From Candidatus Helarchaeota archaeon (lineage in GTDB: Archaea > Asgardarchaeota > Lokiarchaeia > Helarchaeales > RDOG01), in the NCBI GenBank assembly GCA_019058315.1, contig JAHPZH010000006.1, positions 128,001 through 192,000 on the forward strand: a stretch of 64,000 nt of DNA. The letters are read 5' to 3'. The notes under the pieces are model-generated. The model did no database searches. It was given only the letters and a program-made list of their open reading frames with translations, and had not been told where the DNA came from. The translations under genes were made by a program, and so were the position numbers. Position 1 is the first letter of the stretch, and each line of letters starts with the position of its first letter. Shown in pieces: positions 29,935-40,110 of the stretch.

Positions 29935-30659
29935 CTCCTTTTTCTCTTCATACTCAAATGAATGTATCTTAAAACACCATTTAAAGTGTATGCTTCGCGC
30001 CCCGAAATAAAACTCCTTCCAATTATATTCTTGAATATTCGCTCTGCATTTATTTTTCTTTTTTCATTAAAATGTGCCCAGTTCGAATTTAAATATTCTA
30101 AAATTAAATCAAAAAAAGTAAAAAGGGTTTGTTTCTCTATTAAATTTGCCTTTCTATTCTGAATATTTTGATCTATTTCTTTTAATTTGAATAGTTCATA
30201 AAGTAAAACACAACAAGCATGAGATATATTAAGAGTTGGATAATTTTTTGAAGCTGGAACATGGACACAACAATCACAAATTTCCATTTCTTTATTAGTT
30301 AATCCTGTTCCCTCCCTCCCAAATAGAATTCCAATATTACCATCAAAATTTTTTAAATTATCTCTTAATTGTTCTGGTCCAATACATATTCTTAACACAT
30401 TATAATCACCAGATGGCCTTGCAGTTGTTCCTATTAAATAATCAAATTTAGGAAGTTCGGTTAAATTTGAAATTTGTATTAAATTTTCAAGCAAATCCCT
30501 TCCATGCATAGCACGGGCGTATACAGTATTACTATGTACATCTATTTGAGGATTTATTGCTATTAATTTTTTAAAATCAAAATTCTTCATTAATCGAACT
30601 ATTGCCCCTAAATTTCCCTCATTCTCGGGTTCTACTAAAATAACAGTTACATTTAACAT
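29931..30659 (-). CDS. trmJ: tRNA (C32/U32)-2'-O-methyltransferase, SPOUT
   Basis: LVEP..EGNLGA..RLMKNF, FGREGTGLTN.E, YPTLNISHA. Confidence 0.92.
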   Translation of the reverse strand: MLNVTVILVEPENEGNLGAIVRLMKNFDFKKLIAINPQIDVHSNTVYARAMHGRDLLENLIQISNLTELPKFDYLIGTTARPSGDYNVLRICIGPEQLRDNLKNFDGNIGILFGREGTGLTNKEMEICDCCVHVPASKNYPTLNISHACCVLLYELFKLKEIDQNIQNRKANLIEKQTLFTFFDLILEYLNSNWAHFNEKRKINAERIFKNIIGRSFISGREAYTLNGVLRYIHLSMKRKRS

Positions 30660-30964
30660 AAAATCACTTTTTTGATAAATTCACTAGATATGTTTTTTGT
30701 TTAATAATCGGATTAAGATTCAGATAGATATTGTAAAAGTTTTTTTTTAAACAACTGATATAATTAAATAAAGATTAATTTTTATTGGAATTTATATTTT
30801 CTTTTATTTCAATAAAGAATAGTAATGGCATGTTACCTAATTAGTATAAGTATTCTGTCACTATTTAGTCAATTTACGAATATTTTAAAAAAATTAATTA
30901 AGTATCTCACGTTAGAAAAGTACAAAGAATGAACTTATATTTCATCACTTAAAAGGTGTAGATT

Positions 30965-32644
30965 TTGTTTAAAGAAGAAACCTTGAAAAAAGTTGAAGAA
31001 ATGAAAAAAGAATGGTCTGAAAGTTTCAAAAAGTCAAAAGAACGTAATATTAACTTTGTAACTGATTCTGGAATTCCTGTTAAACCAATTTATACTCCCC
31101 TTGATATCAAGGATAATAATTATGCAAAAATCGGATTCCCTGGTCAACCCCCTTTTACGAGAGGTGTATATCCTTCGATGTATCGTGGAAGATTTTGGAC
31201 GATGAGGTTATTTTCTGGTCATGGCACTCCTGAGGAGACAAATGAGCGTTGGAAATATCTTTATAAAGAAGGAGAAACAGGTTTTAGTGCAGCTGTTGAT
31301 GGACTTACTTTTAATGGTCTTGATCCTGACGATCCACGTGCTGATCCTGAAGTGGGAACTACTGGAGTTCCTCTTTATTGTATCGATTCCATGTTTGCTT
31401 TGACGAAAGATCTCCCAATTGATAAAATTAGCGTAGCATTAGTAGTGGAACCTTTCTCTGCAGCACCCGTATGTGCTATGTATTTCAATATGGCGAAAAT
31501 GAAGGGTCTTGATATTACAGCTTTAATGGGAACAACTCAGAACGATATATTAACCATGACTATAGGGTATGTCCCTTATAAGAACGTGTCACCACCTAAT
31601 TTACTTAGGCTTGCTTGTGACTTTATAGAATGGTGTACACCTCAAAAAAATGTTCCTAGATGGCATCCTATAAATTTCACTACATATAATTATCGTGAAG
31701 GAGGAATTGATGCAGTTCAAGAACTTGGTTTTGGTTTCGCAAATGCCATAGCTCATATTGATGAGTTGATTGCTAGAGGTTGGAAAATAGATGACTTTGT
31801 GAACCGTCTTGCTTTCCATTTAGCTGCTCATAAAGATTTTTTCGAAGAAATTGCTAAATATAGAGCAGCCAGAAGAATTTGGTATAAATTAATGGAAAGA
31901 TATGAAGCAAAAAATCCAAAATCTTATCAATTTAGATTTCATATTCAAACTGCGGGAAGTTCTTTAACTGCTCAGCAACCAATGGTCAATATTATAAGAA
32001 CTACAATCCAAGGATTAGCAGCTGTTCTCGGAGGCTGCCAAAGTATGCACACAAACTCTTTTGATGAAGCTGTATGTTTACCTAGCAAGGAAGCTGTATT
32101 ATTAGCTTTAAGAACACAACAAACTATTCAAGAAGAAAGTAGAGTTGGACATACTATTGATCCACTTGGAGGTTCATATTATATTGAATGGCTAACAGAT
32201 GAGCTCGAAGAACGAGTTTGGAATTATTTAGATAAAATTAAGGAAGCAGGTGGAGTAGTAAAGGCTTTAGAAAGTGGTTGGCTTTACAGAGAAATGAGAG
32301 ACGCATTTAAAAAACGCCAGACAAATGTTGAAAAAGGAGAAGAAGGTGTGATTGGTATTAATCGTTATGTTATGGAAGGTGAAAAATTGGACGATAATTG
32401 CTTTGTTTTTCGAACTAATCCTAAAGCTGCACAAATTGAACAAGATAGAGTAAAAAAATTAAGAGAAAAAAGAGATAATAAAAAATTAAATGAATTGTTA
32501 GATGCTCTTCGTAAAGTTGTTGAAAAAGGAGAGAATATTATGCCTATTGTCATGGAAGTTACTAAGGAAGGTGGTACTGTAGGTGAAGTTTGCAACATTT
32601 ACCGTGAAATTCTTGGAACTTGGGACCCACCCATTGTAATATAA
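30965..32644 (+). CDS. B12-dependent acyl-CoA mutase, substrate-binding large subunit (divergent specificity)
   Basis: PG.PPFTRGVYPSMY, WTMR, QND, FFEEIAK.RAAR, HIQTAGSSLTAQQP, QSMHTNSFDEA, DPLGGSYYIE. Confidence 0.93.
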   Translation: MFKEETLKKVEEMKKEWSESFKKSKERNINFVTDSGIPVKPIYTPLDIKDNNYAKIGFPGQPPFTRGVYPSMYRGRFWTMRLFSGHGTPEETNERWKYLYKEGETGFSAAVDGLTFNGLDPDDPRADPEVGTTGVPLYCIDSMFALTKDLPIDKISVALVVEPFSAAPVCAMYFNMAKMKGLDITALMGTTQNDILTMTIGYVPYKNVSPPNLLRLACDFIEWCTPQKNVPRWHPINFTTYNYREGGIDAVQELGFGFANAIAHIDELIARGWKIDDFVNRLAFHLAAHKDFFEEIAKYRAARRIWYKLMERYEAKNPKSYQFRFHIQTAGSSLTAQQPMVNIIRTTIQGLAAVLGGCQSMHTNSFDEAVCLPSKEAVLLALRTQQTIQEESRVGHTIDPLGGSYYIEWLTDELEERVWNYLDKIKEAGGVVKALESGWLYREMRDAFKKRQTNVEKGEEGVIGINRYVMEGEKLDDNCFVFRTNPKAAQIEQDRVKKLREKRDNKKLNELLDALRKVVEKGENIMPIVMEVTKEGGTVGEVCNIYREILGTWDPPIVI

Positions 32645-32671
32645 ATTGAATAAATAAGTGAGGTCAATATT

Positions 32672-33070
32672 ATGACGCGACCAATAAGAGTCTTAATGTC
32701 GAAACCTGGTGTAGACGGCCATTGGCGAGGGATCGTCGTAGTAAGTCGTGGTTTGAGAGATGCAGGAATGGAAGTGATATTTGGAGGCTTTCAATCAGTA
32801 GATCAAATTGTAGAATCTGCTATTCAAGAGGATGTTGATATAATTGGTCTTAGTATTCATTCAGGAGCCCACGTAGCATATACTCAAAGAATTGTAAAAT
32901 TATTAGAGGAAAAAGGAGTAAAAAATAACTTTATGATTTTAGTTGGCGGAGTCATCCCTGCAGTAGACGTACCTAAATTAAAAGAGATCGGGGCTGCGAA
33001 TGTATATGGTCCTGGAACAATTATAAAAGATGTAACTGATTTCATAGAAGGAAACATTAATCTAAAATAA
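32672..33070 (+). CDS. Acyl-CoA mutase cobalamin-binding small subunit
   Basis: KPGVDGHWRG (DxHxxG), GLSIHSG, VGGVIP, GPGT. Confidence 0.93.
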   Translation: MTRPIRVLMSKPGVDGHWRGIVVVSRGLRDAGMEVIFGGFQSVDQIVESAIQEDVDIIGLSIHSGAHVAYTQRIVKLLEEKGVKNNFMILVGGVIPAVDVPKLKEIGAANVYGPGTIIKDVTDFIEGNINLK

Positions 33071-33302
33071 AAATTCAATATTTTATTAAATCTTAAATAT
33101 TATTTCTCCTTATTTTTTTCGAAATCTAATAATAATTAAAAATTTTTAGACAATTCAATATTAGACATTATTTATTTGTTAAATTTCTTTAATATTTTCA
33201 TAATATAAATTAAGAATTTTGAATCAAACAATGTTTAGATACTTTCAAAAATTCTAAAGCGTTAGTCTTTTAAAGAAGTGCTTATATTCTTGGTGCAAAA
33301 TT

Positions 33303-34280
33303 ATGGCACAATTAGACAAGATCGAAGAATTAGTTACTAGATTAAAAAATAAAGATAAAATAGCGTTAGCAAGACTAATTTCAATCGTTGAGAATAGCCC
33401 TGAAATTGCAAAGATTATTTTTAAAAATATTGATCATTTATTAAAAAGCGCTTACATCATTGGAATTACTGGATCACCGGGAGTTGGTAAAAGTACGTTA
33501 GTAGGTAAAATAGCAAAAAAACTAATGGACCAAGGTAAATCTGTAGGCATCATAAGCGTAGATCCAAGCTCACCATACAGCGGCGGTGCATTCCTTGGGG
33601 ATAGGATTCGCATGACAAATCTAACTATGAATCCAAAATTATATATGAGGAGTCTGGCTTCAAGAGGAGTAACAGGGGGACTTTCAAGGGCGACATTTGA
33701 TATCTGTCTTCTTATGGAAGCCTTTGGCAAGGATATTATATTAATTGAAACTGTTGGAGCAGGGCAATCCGAAGTAGATATTATAAAATTAGCTTATACT
33801 AATATTGTTATCGTAGCTCCAGGTATGGGTGATTCCATTCAAATTCAAAAAGCTGGAATTTTAGAAATTGCTGATATATTTGTTGTGAATAAATGTGATT
33901 TGGGTGGAGATGATATAATAGCTCAATTTAATATGATGCTTGATGATGCAATTACCTACTCTGGTCTGACTGGATGGCGACCCTCCGCAATTCAAACAAA
34001 TGGACTCACTGGAGAAGGAATAGATGAATTAATAGAAGAAATGTGGAATCATAAGGAACATGTAGAACTGAGTGGCATATTGGATGAGAAAAGGAAAACA
34101 ATGATCAAAAACAAAATCATCGATCTAATAAAATATGAAGTTGAAAAATATATACTATCTGGTTTAGTAAATGAAAATGAACTAAAAGAAATGGTTTCAA
34201 ATATATTTAACGAAGAATTTAGTATATTTGAGGGGGCTGAAAGTATAATCGAGAAATTTTTTTCAAAATTAAAAAAATAG
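33303..34280 (+). CDS. meaB: MeaB/ArgK GTPase metallochaperone
   Basis: GITGSPGVGKST, DPSSP.SGGA.LGDRIRM, ETVGAGQSE, VNKCD. Confidence 0.95.
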   Translation: MAQLDKIEELVTRLKNKDKIALARLISIVENSPEIAKIIFKNIDHLLKSAYIIGITGSPGVGKSTLVGKIAKKLMDQGKSVGIISVDPSSPYSGGAFLGDRIRMTNLTMNPKLYMRSLASRGVTGGLSRATFDICLLMEAFGKDIILIETVGAGQSEVDIIKLAYTNIVIVAPGMGDSIQIQKAGILEIADIFVVNKCDLGGDDIIAQFNMMLDDAITYSGLTGWRPSAIQTNGLTGEGIDELIEEMWNHKEHVELSGILDEKRKTMIKNKIIDLIKYEVEKYILSGLVNENELKEMVSNIFNEEFSIFEGAESIIEKFFSKLKK

Positions 34281-34291
34281 GTGTTTCTTAA

Positions 34292-34825
34292 TTGTCCCGT
34301 AGAAGATTAGAAAGGGGATTACTGCAAATTTATTTCGGATCAGGAAAAGGAAAAACAACTTGTGCTCTAGGACAAGGATTTAGAGCTGTAGGTCATGGAT
34401 TCAAAGTTTATATGATCCAATTTATGAAAGGGGAAATAAAATATGGAGAAATAAATTCAATAAAAAAAACGGAAAACTTTGAAGTTAAGCAATTTGGGAG
34501 AAAAGAATTAATTGCTGAAGCCGATAATTTCGATGTTGAGGAAGGAAAAAAAGCATTAGAATTTGCAAAGCAGATAATAATGAGCGATGAATATGATATA
34601 GTAATATTGGATGAAGCTGGATACGCAGTTTATATGAACATCATTGAGGTGGATGAATTAATCGAGATAGTTAAAACTCGACCTCCCCAAGTTGAGATTA
34701 TAATTACGGGAAGAAAAGTCCATCCTAAACTAAAACTAATTGCCGATTTAATAACAGAAATGAGGTTAATCAAACATTATTATGTTACTCAAGGTATTAA
34801 AGCTCGTTTTGGTATAGAATATTAG
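34292..34825 (+). CDS. cobO: Cob(I)alamin adenosyltransferase (CobA/CobO/BtuR type)
   Basis: GSGKGKTT, IQFMKG, ILDE, ITGR, ADLITEM..IKH, GIEY. Confidence 0.92.
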   Translation: MSRRRLERGLLQIYFGSGKGKTTCALGQGFRAVGHGFKVYMIQFMKGEIKYGEINSIKKTENFEVKQFGRKELIAEADNFDVEEGKKALEFAKQIIMSDEYDIVILDEAGYAVYMNIIEVDELIEIVKTRPPQVEIIITGRKVHPKLKLIADLITEMRLIKHYYVTQGIKARFGIEY

Positions 34826-34937
34826 GAAATTAAGACCGAAAATTTATTAATAATTAAGAGATTTATAGAAAGAAACATAAATCATATTAAATGTAAGCTT
34901 TATCTTCAATTTTCACTTTTTAAAAAAGACACTTATA

Positions 34938-37349
34938 TTGAAAAATTATAAATTTAAAATTATGAATAAGAAGAAAAGAAATATTCTTTTTTCCATTTTA
35001 ATTTTAACTTTAATTCTTTTCCCATTATTTCAGATAATATTTAACATTATCCCTTCAAATATAATTGAACTTGACAAGAAAATTCGAATAATACCTAAAT
35101 ATTATGACGAACAAATTATAGATATTAATAATCAAGGAAGTTCGATTAAATCTGAAGATAAAATAGATCCTTATATAGAAAATTTATTAGTTACGGAAAA
35201 TTTAGAAGAATCTATACCAATAATTATTTATTTAAATTTCCAACCTGCTGAAAAAATTTCATTAGTGCTTAAATTTGAGAAAAAATTAAAACAAAATAAT
35301 GCTTTTTACAAAAAATTATATGAATTGACTAAAGAACAAATTCAAGAATCTCAAAATAAGATTGTTAACAAAATTTTGAGGTACGAGGGAAAAATAAAAC
35401 ATAGATATTCTATTATTAATGCAATTTCGGTAGATATACCACTAAAATATATTAAACCTCTATCCCAAGATCCTAATGTTACGAACATTTGTTTTGATCA
35501 TCTATTAGAGATTAATTTAGTAAACAGCGTACCTTCAATAACTGAAGACTCATCTAATCCTAATAATAATTGGAATTATTCTTACAATGGATCAAATGTT
35601 GTGGTGGCAGTTTGTGATAGTGGAATTAATGAGGCTCATACCGCTTTAGTTGGTGTTGTAATTGATGGGTATAATACATTTACTGGTGGTAGAGCTGCAA
35701 ATGATGATAATTGGCATGGTACTTATGTCGCTGGAATAATTGCAAATAGAGATCCAATAAATCATGGTGTAGCCCCAAATGTCAGCTTAATAAATGTAAA
35801 AGTATTTGATAATACTGGAACAGGACCTAGTTCAAATTTAATGGCAGGAGCTGAGTGGGCGCTTACTAAGGCTGTTAAAAAGCCGGATATAATTAATTTT
35901 AGTGGAGGTACAGCTACAACTTCATACGATGGAATGAGTTCATTAACCATTTTTATTGATGCGATTACTTCTATGTATGATGTACTTTGGATAAATGCAG
36001 CTGGGAATACACCAGCAGTAATTGAACTTCCTGCTGATGCATATAATTCAATTGCAGTAGGTGAGCTTACAGATTCTTCTACACGTGATACAAATAGAAA
36101 TAATGATATTTTGAAAGGCTCAAGTTCTAGAGGACCTACATTAGACGGCAGAATTAAACCAGATATTGTTGCATTGGGAACAAATATTAATTCTACATGG
36201 TATACAGGGGGATGGAATAATGGTCAAGCTGGAACCAGTTTTGCAGCCCCTCATATAAGCGGTGCAGCTGCATTAATTTGTGATTATTTAAACAGAAATA
36301 CAAATCTAGCAAAAAGCTATTATCCTTTAGTCATCAAAGGATTATTACTACATACAGCTGATGACTGGAGCATTAGTGGACCAGGAAGTGATGGACCAGA
36401 TTATACAACTGGATGGGGCTATGTTAATTTAGCTAATTTATGGAATTTAACTCAACAAGGAGTTGCTATCGAAACAAATGCTCTTTCATATGATCAAGTA
36501 AGATTTAACTTACCATTTTATTACAATTTAACATTGAGTCAAAATGAAATCTTAAATATCACTTTAGTATGGAATCGACATGCTGTAAGCGAGGCTGGTC
36601 TTGTTTTTGTTTGGGGTAATGGCAGACCAAATAATTTAAATCTATATCTTTTAAACTCTCACAAAACAACAGTTAATAGCTCTACAGATTCAAAAAATAA
36701 TATAGAACAAATTTCATATAAAGTACCAGAAAATGGAACCTATTATCTTAAAATTGTTAGCAAAGATTCACAATATTTTGCAGAAGAACCTTATGCTTTG
36801 ATTTCTACACATAATTTAACTAGGTTAAATCCATCTGGTCCTCGTCTTTTGTATTATTCATTATCACCTTTATTCGATGTCGATTTAGATTATTTATTTT
36901 TCAAAAGTTTTGATGTATTTGAGAAAGTTTCATTATATCTTTTTGCCTATGATGAGGATGGATTACTCGGTGGAACTTTTAATATGCCTTTAGTTCGAAC
37001 ATTTTTAGATCTTATCCCACCTATTGATATTTATTTTCCAATTTTTCAAATTTTTCCAAATATATTGTATTTTGATATGATTCTAAATGATCTATTTTTA
37101 GAACAGGGCTTTGATAAATTCAACAAAATGTTCTTAGATGGCTCAATTTGGGCATCATTTACAATTTTTGATGCACATCCAATTGCTCCATCCAGTTCTA
37201 CCTTTTATTGCATTCTTGATTATCACGGTTTTATTTGGAATTTTTCAATTAGTTCGATTGCCCTTCTCAGTCTTCTAATTATCATAGATTACGTTCGGGA
37301 GAGAAGGGCTAAAAAAAGTATGCTTAAAATGTTTGACAATAAAAAATAA
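34938..37349 (+). CDS. Membrane-anchored subtilisin-like S8 protease
   Basis: Catalytic triad VCDSG / WHGT.VAG / GTSFAAPH; N-terminal signal/TM, propeptide, PPC-like domain, C-terminal TM with basic tail. Confidence 0.92.
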   Translation: MKNYKFKIMNKKKRNILFSILILTLILFPLFQIIFNIIPSNIIELDKKIRIIPKYYDEQIIDINNQGSSIKSEDKIDPYIENLLVTENLEESIPIIIYLNFQPAEKISLVLKFEKKLKQNNAFYKKLYELTKEQIQESQNKIVNKILRYEGKIKHRYSIINAISVDIPLKYIKPLSQDPNVTNICFDHLLEINLVNSVPSITEDSSNPNNNWNYSYNGSNVVVAVCDSGINEAHTALVGVVIDGYNTFTGGRAANDDNWHGTYVAGIIANRDPINHGVAPNVSLINVKVFDNTGTGPSSNLMAGAEWALTKAVKKPDIINFSGGTATTSYDGMSSLTIFIDAITSMYDVLWINAAGNTPAVIELPADAYNSIAVGELTDSSTRDTNRNNDILKGSSSRGPTLDGRIKPDIVALGTNINSTWYTGGWNNGQAGTSFAAPHISGAAALICDYLNRNTNLAKSYYPLVIKGLLLHTADDWSISGPGSDGPDYTTGWGYVNLANLWNLTQQGVAIETNALSYDQVRFNLPFYYNLTLSQNEILNITLVWNRHAVSEAGLVFVWGNGRPNNLNLYLLNSHKTTVNSSTDSKNNIEQISYKVPENGTYYLKIVSKDSQYFAEEPYALISTHNLTRLNPSGPRLLYYSLSPLFDVDLDYLFFKSFDVFEKVSLYLFAYDEDGLLGGTFNMPLVRTFLDLIPPIDIYFPIFQIFPNILYFDMILNDLFLEQGFDKFNKMFLDGSIWASFTIFDAHPIAPSSSTFYCILDYHGFIWNFSISSIALLSLLIIIDYVRERRAKKSMLKMFDNKK

Positions 37350-37406
37350 AAATATTTTACTAATCAATCAAATTTAATTATTATTATTGTTCGATTTAAG
37401 GAAAAA

Positions 37407-38009
37407 TCATTTTTGAACTGTTAATAATACTAATTCTTCAAAAAAAAATTTTTTACGAGCTTTTATTTTGACGCTAAAGTCTCGAGCTTTTAAAAAATCA
37501 ATAGTCTTTTCATAGTCAGAGAGAGATGTCTGAATCATTTGAACTCTACCCTTTCTTTTTAGATAATTATTAAATTGTATTAGAAACTTATCAATAATCT
37601 CTCTTCCAGTCTCTCCCCCATCCCAAGCCCTTTCTAACCATTCATTCTGCTTATTATTACCAGATATTGGTAAATATGGCGGATTAAATAAAATTAAATC
37701 ATACTTTTCATCATTTCTTATTGGATCAAATAAATTTCCAGTTCTAATCTCAATCATATCTGTTAATTTATTCAATTCAACGTTTTTTTTTGCACAATTA
37801 ACAGCTATAGGCGAAATATCTGTTAGAATGACTTTGTTCGCGTTTTTCGCAGCAATAATTCCCAATATACCACACCCAGTTCCAAGATCCAAAACAAAAT
37901 CCCCTCTATTTACCTCTAAATTATCCAATAATAGAAAAGTATCATCCGAGGGAAGATAAGTATCATCAAAAATATAAAATATCCGATTTTTATACTCTAT
38001 TTGTCTCAA
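37407..38009 (-). CDS. hemK: HemK2/PrmC-like release factor glutamine methyltransferase
   Basis: Y.P.DDTFLL, LDLGTGCG, FNPPY, WDGG..GR. Confidence 0.9.
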   Translation of the reverse strand: MRQIEYKNRIFYIFDDTYLPSDDTFLLLDNLEVNRGDFVLDLGTGCGILGIIAAKNANKVILTDISPIAVNCAKKNVELNKLTDMIEIRTGNLFDPIRNDEKYDLILFNPPYLPISGNNKQNEWLERAWDGGETGREIIDKFLIQFNNYLKRKGRVQMIQTSLSDYEKTIDFLKARDFSVKIKARKKFFFEELVLLTVQK

Positions 38010-38015
38010 TTGATT

Positions 38016-38876
38016 TCAAGACCTGCTGAGTTTCTGATATAACATATTCGATAGTTCAACAATGTTTTCTGGTGTTAATTCCCGTATTCTATTTCTAATG
38101 CATGAAATATTTGAAATTAATTCATCAATTTTGCTCTCATTCATTTGTTTCTTTAAAAAACCCTTTAAAACCTTTTCTAATACCTTATTTTTTTGGTTAA
38201 AAAGCGAATTCACCAATTTATTATAGAAATCCACATTTATAATCTGTATTTTATTTGATTTTGGGAGGATTTTTACTAGTGCAGAATCCACTTTTGGAAT
38301 TGGGAAAAAAAAAGTATTTGGGACAATTTTTAATATTTCTATGTCTGCGTGAATATAAGAATTTACAGAAATCCTACCATATGCTTTTGAGTTGGGTTTA
38401 GCTATTAAACGTTCTGCAAATTCTTTTTGCAATGTAATAATAGCCATTTTATAATTTGTCTTAAATAATTTAAATAATAAAGGAGAAGAAATGTTATATG
38501 GAGGATTCGAAATTACTTTTTTATCTTCAAAGAGAGAATCATCCAATTCTAATATATCTGATTGAATGATTTCGACATTTTTATAAGGTGAAAGTCGATT
38601 TCTTAAAACTTCAATTAAGTTTTTATCAATTTCAATTGCAATTACTTTTTTCACTTTTTGAACTAATGAAAGAGTTAGAATACCTAATCCAGCACCTATT
38701 TCCAAAACATAATCATTTTGAGTTAAATTGGCAAATTTTAAATGCCAATCTATTAAAATTGGATTAATTAAAAAACTTTGAGAAAATTTTTTTTTAGGAT
38801 ATAGTTTATATTTCTTAAGAATTGTCTTCAATTCAGTAATAGCATCCCCATCTTTATCTTCCTTATGAGATATCAC
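38016..38876 (-). CDS. rsmA: 16S rRNA dimethyladenosine transferase KsgA/Dim1
   Basis: SQSFL, VLEIGAGLG.LT, SNPPYNISS, QKEFAERL, P.PKVDS. Confidence 0.94.
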   Translation of the reverse strand: MISHKEDKDGDAITELKTILKKYKLYPKKKFSQSFLINPILIDWHLKFANLTQNDYVLEIGAGLGILTLSLVQKVKKVIAIEIDKNLIEVLRNRLSPYKNVEIIQSDILELDDSLFEDKKVISNPPYNISSPLLFKLFKTNYKMAIITLQKEFAERLIAKPNSKAYGRISVNSYIHADIEILKIVPNTFFFPIPKVDSALVKILPKSNKIQIINVDFYNKLVNSLFNQKNKVLEKVLKGFLKKQMNESKIDELISNISCIRNRIRELTPENIVELSNMLYQKLSRS

Positions 38877-38890
38877 CGAAACACCTGTAT

Positions 38891-40000
38891 TTAAGTATAA
38901 ACTGGAATTTTTGAAATTTTAAAGTTGGGTTTTGGTCCTACAGTAACTGGTCTCAATGGATTCCCGAAATACATCCATTGGATTACAGATATTATATCTT
39001 GATCTTCAATTTTTATGTTATTTTTTTTATTTAATTCGGAAATTTTTCCTTGTTTACTAGCTGGAAGAGTTTCAAATAAAATTTTATCAACTGTTAGTTT
39101 TGCATCCCCCAAAGTAGATTTTTTTGCTAACAAATCCAAAATCCCATATTTGTAACCATCGCTTGTGAAACAATTTTCCCAAGTATCATATTCAATTTTA
39201 TTATTATATGTTAGAGAAGTAGCCCCTATATATACCGATAGAGCTCTCATTGCTTCACGGACAAATGGACCGAAATTTGCTGTATAACAAGCCTCTGAAA
39301 AAATAAAAGGGTAGCATTGAAATTGAATTTTGCGAAAATCTTTATATGTAAAAAATGCTTTCGGGGGACTCCCGCCAAACCACTCTTTTGCATTGCCATG
39401 AACTCTATCAAAAAAAGTTCCATCTGAATATTGTAATATCATTTCAGCCTTTTCTAATAATGGTTCCATTATTTTCAATGATTGTCCTTTTATACCGCTC
39501 CACATAAAAACCTTAAAATCTAATTCTTGTAAAGCTTGAACAGGTTTTTCTGATTTTTTTGGAGTAGTATCTACGACGACAGCTAAATTTGAATCCCCAT
39601 AATTAAATCTGATATGATTTTGTAAGGTTTTTTCTCCTCCATAAATTCTCCCTATTTTTAAATTAAATTCTCCAATTTGTTCAAAAATTATATCTGTATA
39701 CGCAGGAGATTTTTTATGAGTGTATTCTAATGAAGGAAATTGTATTGCGTCTCCTATTATCAAGACATTGTCCGCATTTTGAGTATCCGCCTCTTTTTCA
39801 ATCCTTTTATTCGCCTTAAAAATGTTTTCTAACTTAATTTCTGACGTTTTTAAAGAATTCACCTTACAAAATTTCCTAATAATCTCATTTTTATTGTCAG
39901 GGTGATTATCTGGATTCCAAACTATAAGAAGTTTGTTAAGCTCTCTCGAGGAAACAATTTTTAAGTTATATTGAGACAAATCTAATTTTTTGCTTTTCAT
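38891..40000 (-). CDS. Gingipain (C25)/caspase-fold cysteine peptidase-like protein, no signal peptide
   Basis: VLIIGD..P, YTD, IGRI, VHG, FSEACYT, YIGAT, W.YFGNP appear in C25 order. Confidence 0.65.
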   Translation of the reverse strand: MKSKKLDLSQYNLKIVSSRELNKLLIVWNPDNHPDNKNEIIRKFCKVNSLKTSEIKLENIFKANKRIEKEADTQNADNVLIIGDAIQFPSLEYTHKKSPAYTDIIFEQIGEFNLKIGRIYGGEKTLQNHIRFNYGDSNLAVVVDTTPKKSEKPVQALQELDFKVFMWSGIKGQSLKIMEPLLEKAEMILQYSDGTFFDRVHGNAKEWFGGSPPKAFFTYKDFRKIQFQCYPFIFSEACYTANFGPFVREAMRALSVYIGATSLTYNNKIEYDTWENCFTSDGYKYGILDLLAKKSTLGDAKLTVDKILFETLPASKQGKISELNKKNNIKIEDQDIISVIQWMYFGNPLRPVTVGPKPNFKISKIPVYT

Positions 40001-40110
40001 TAAATGAGACCTATCAACTTATTTTATTTTATTTGGATTTTTTCTAAGATAAATTTTATTATTTTAAAAATATTAATTTAAACAAAAATATAAGATTTGA
40101 TGAATAAGAT

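Noticed and set aside
30660-30964. Cobalamin riboswitch upstream of the mutase (also checked 12125-12181)
   Set aside because: AT-rich, with no conserved riboswitch elements
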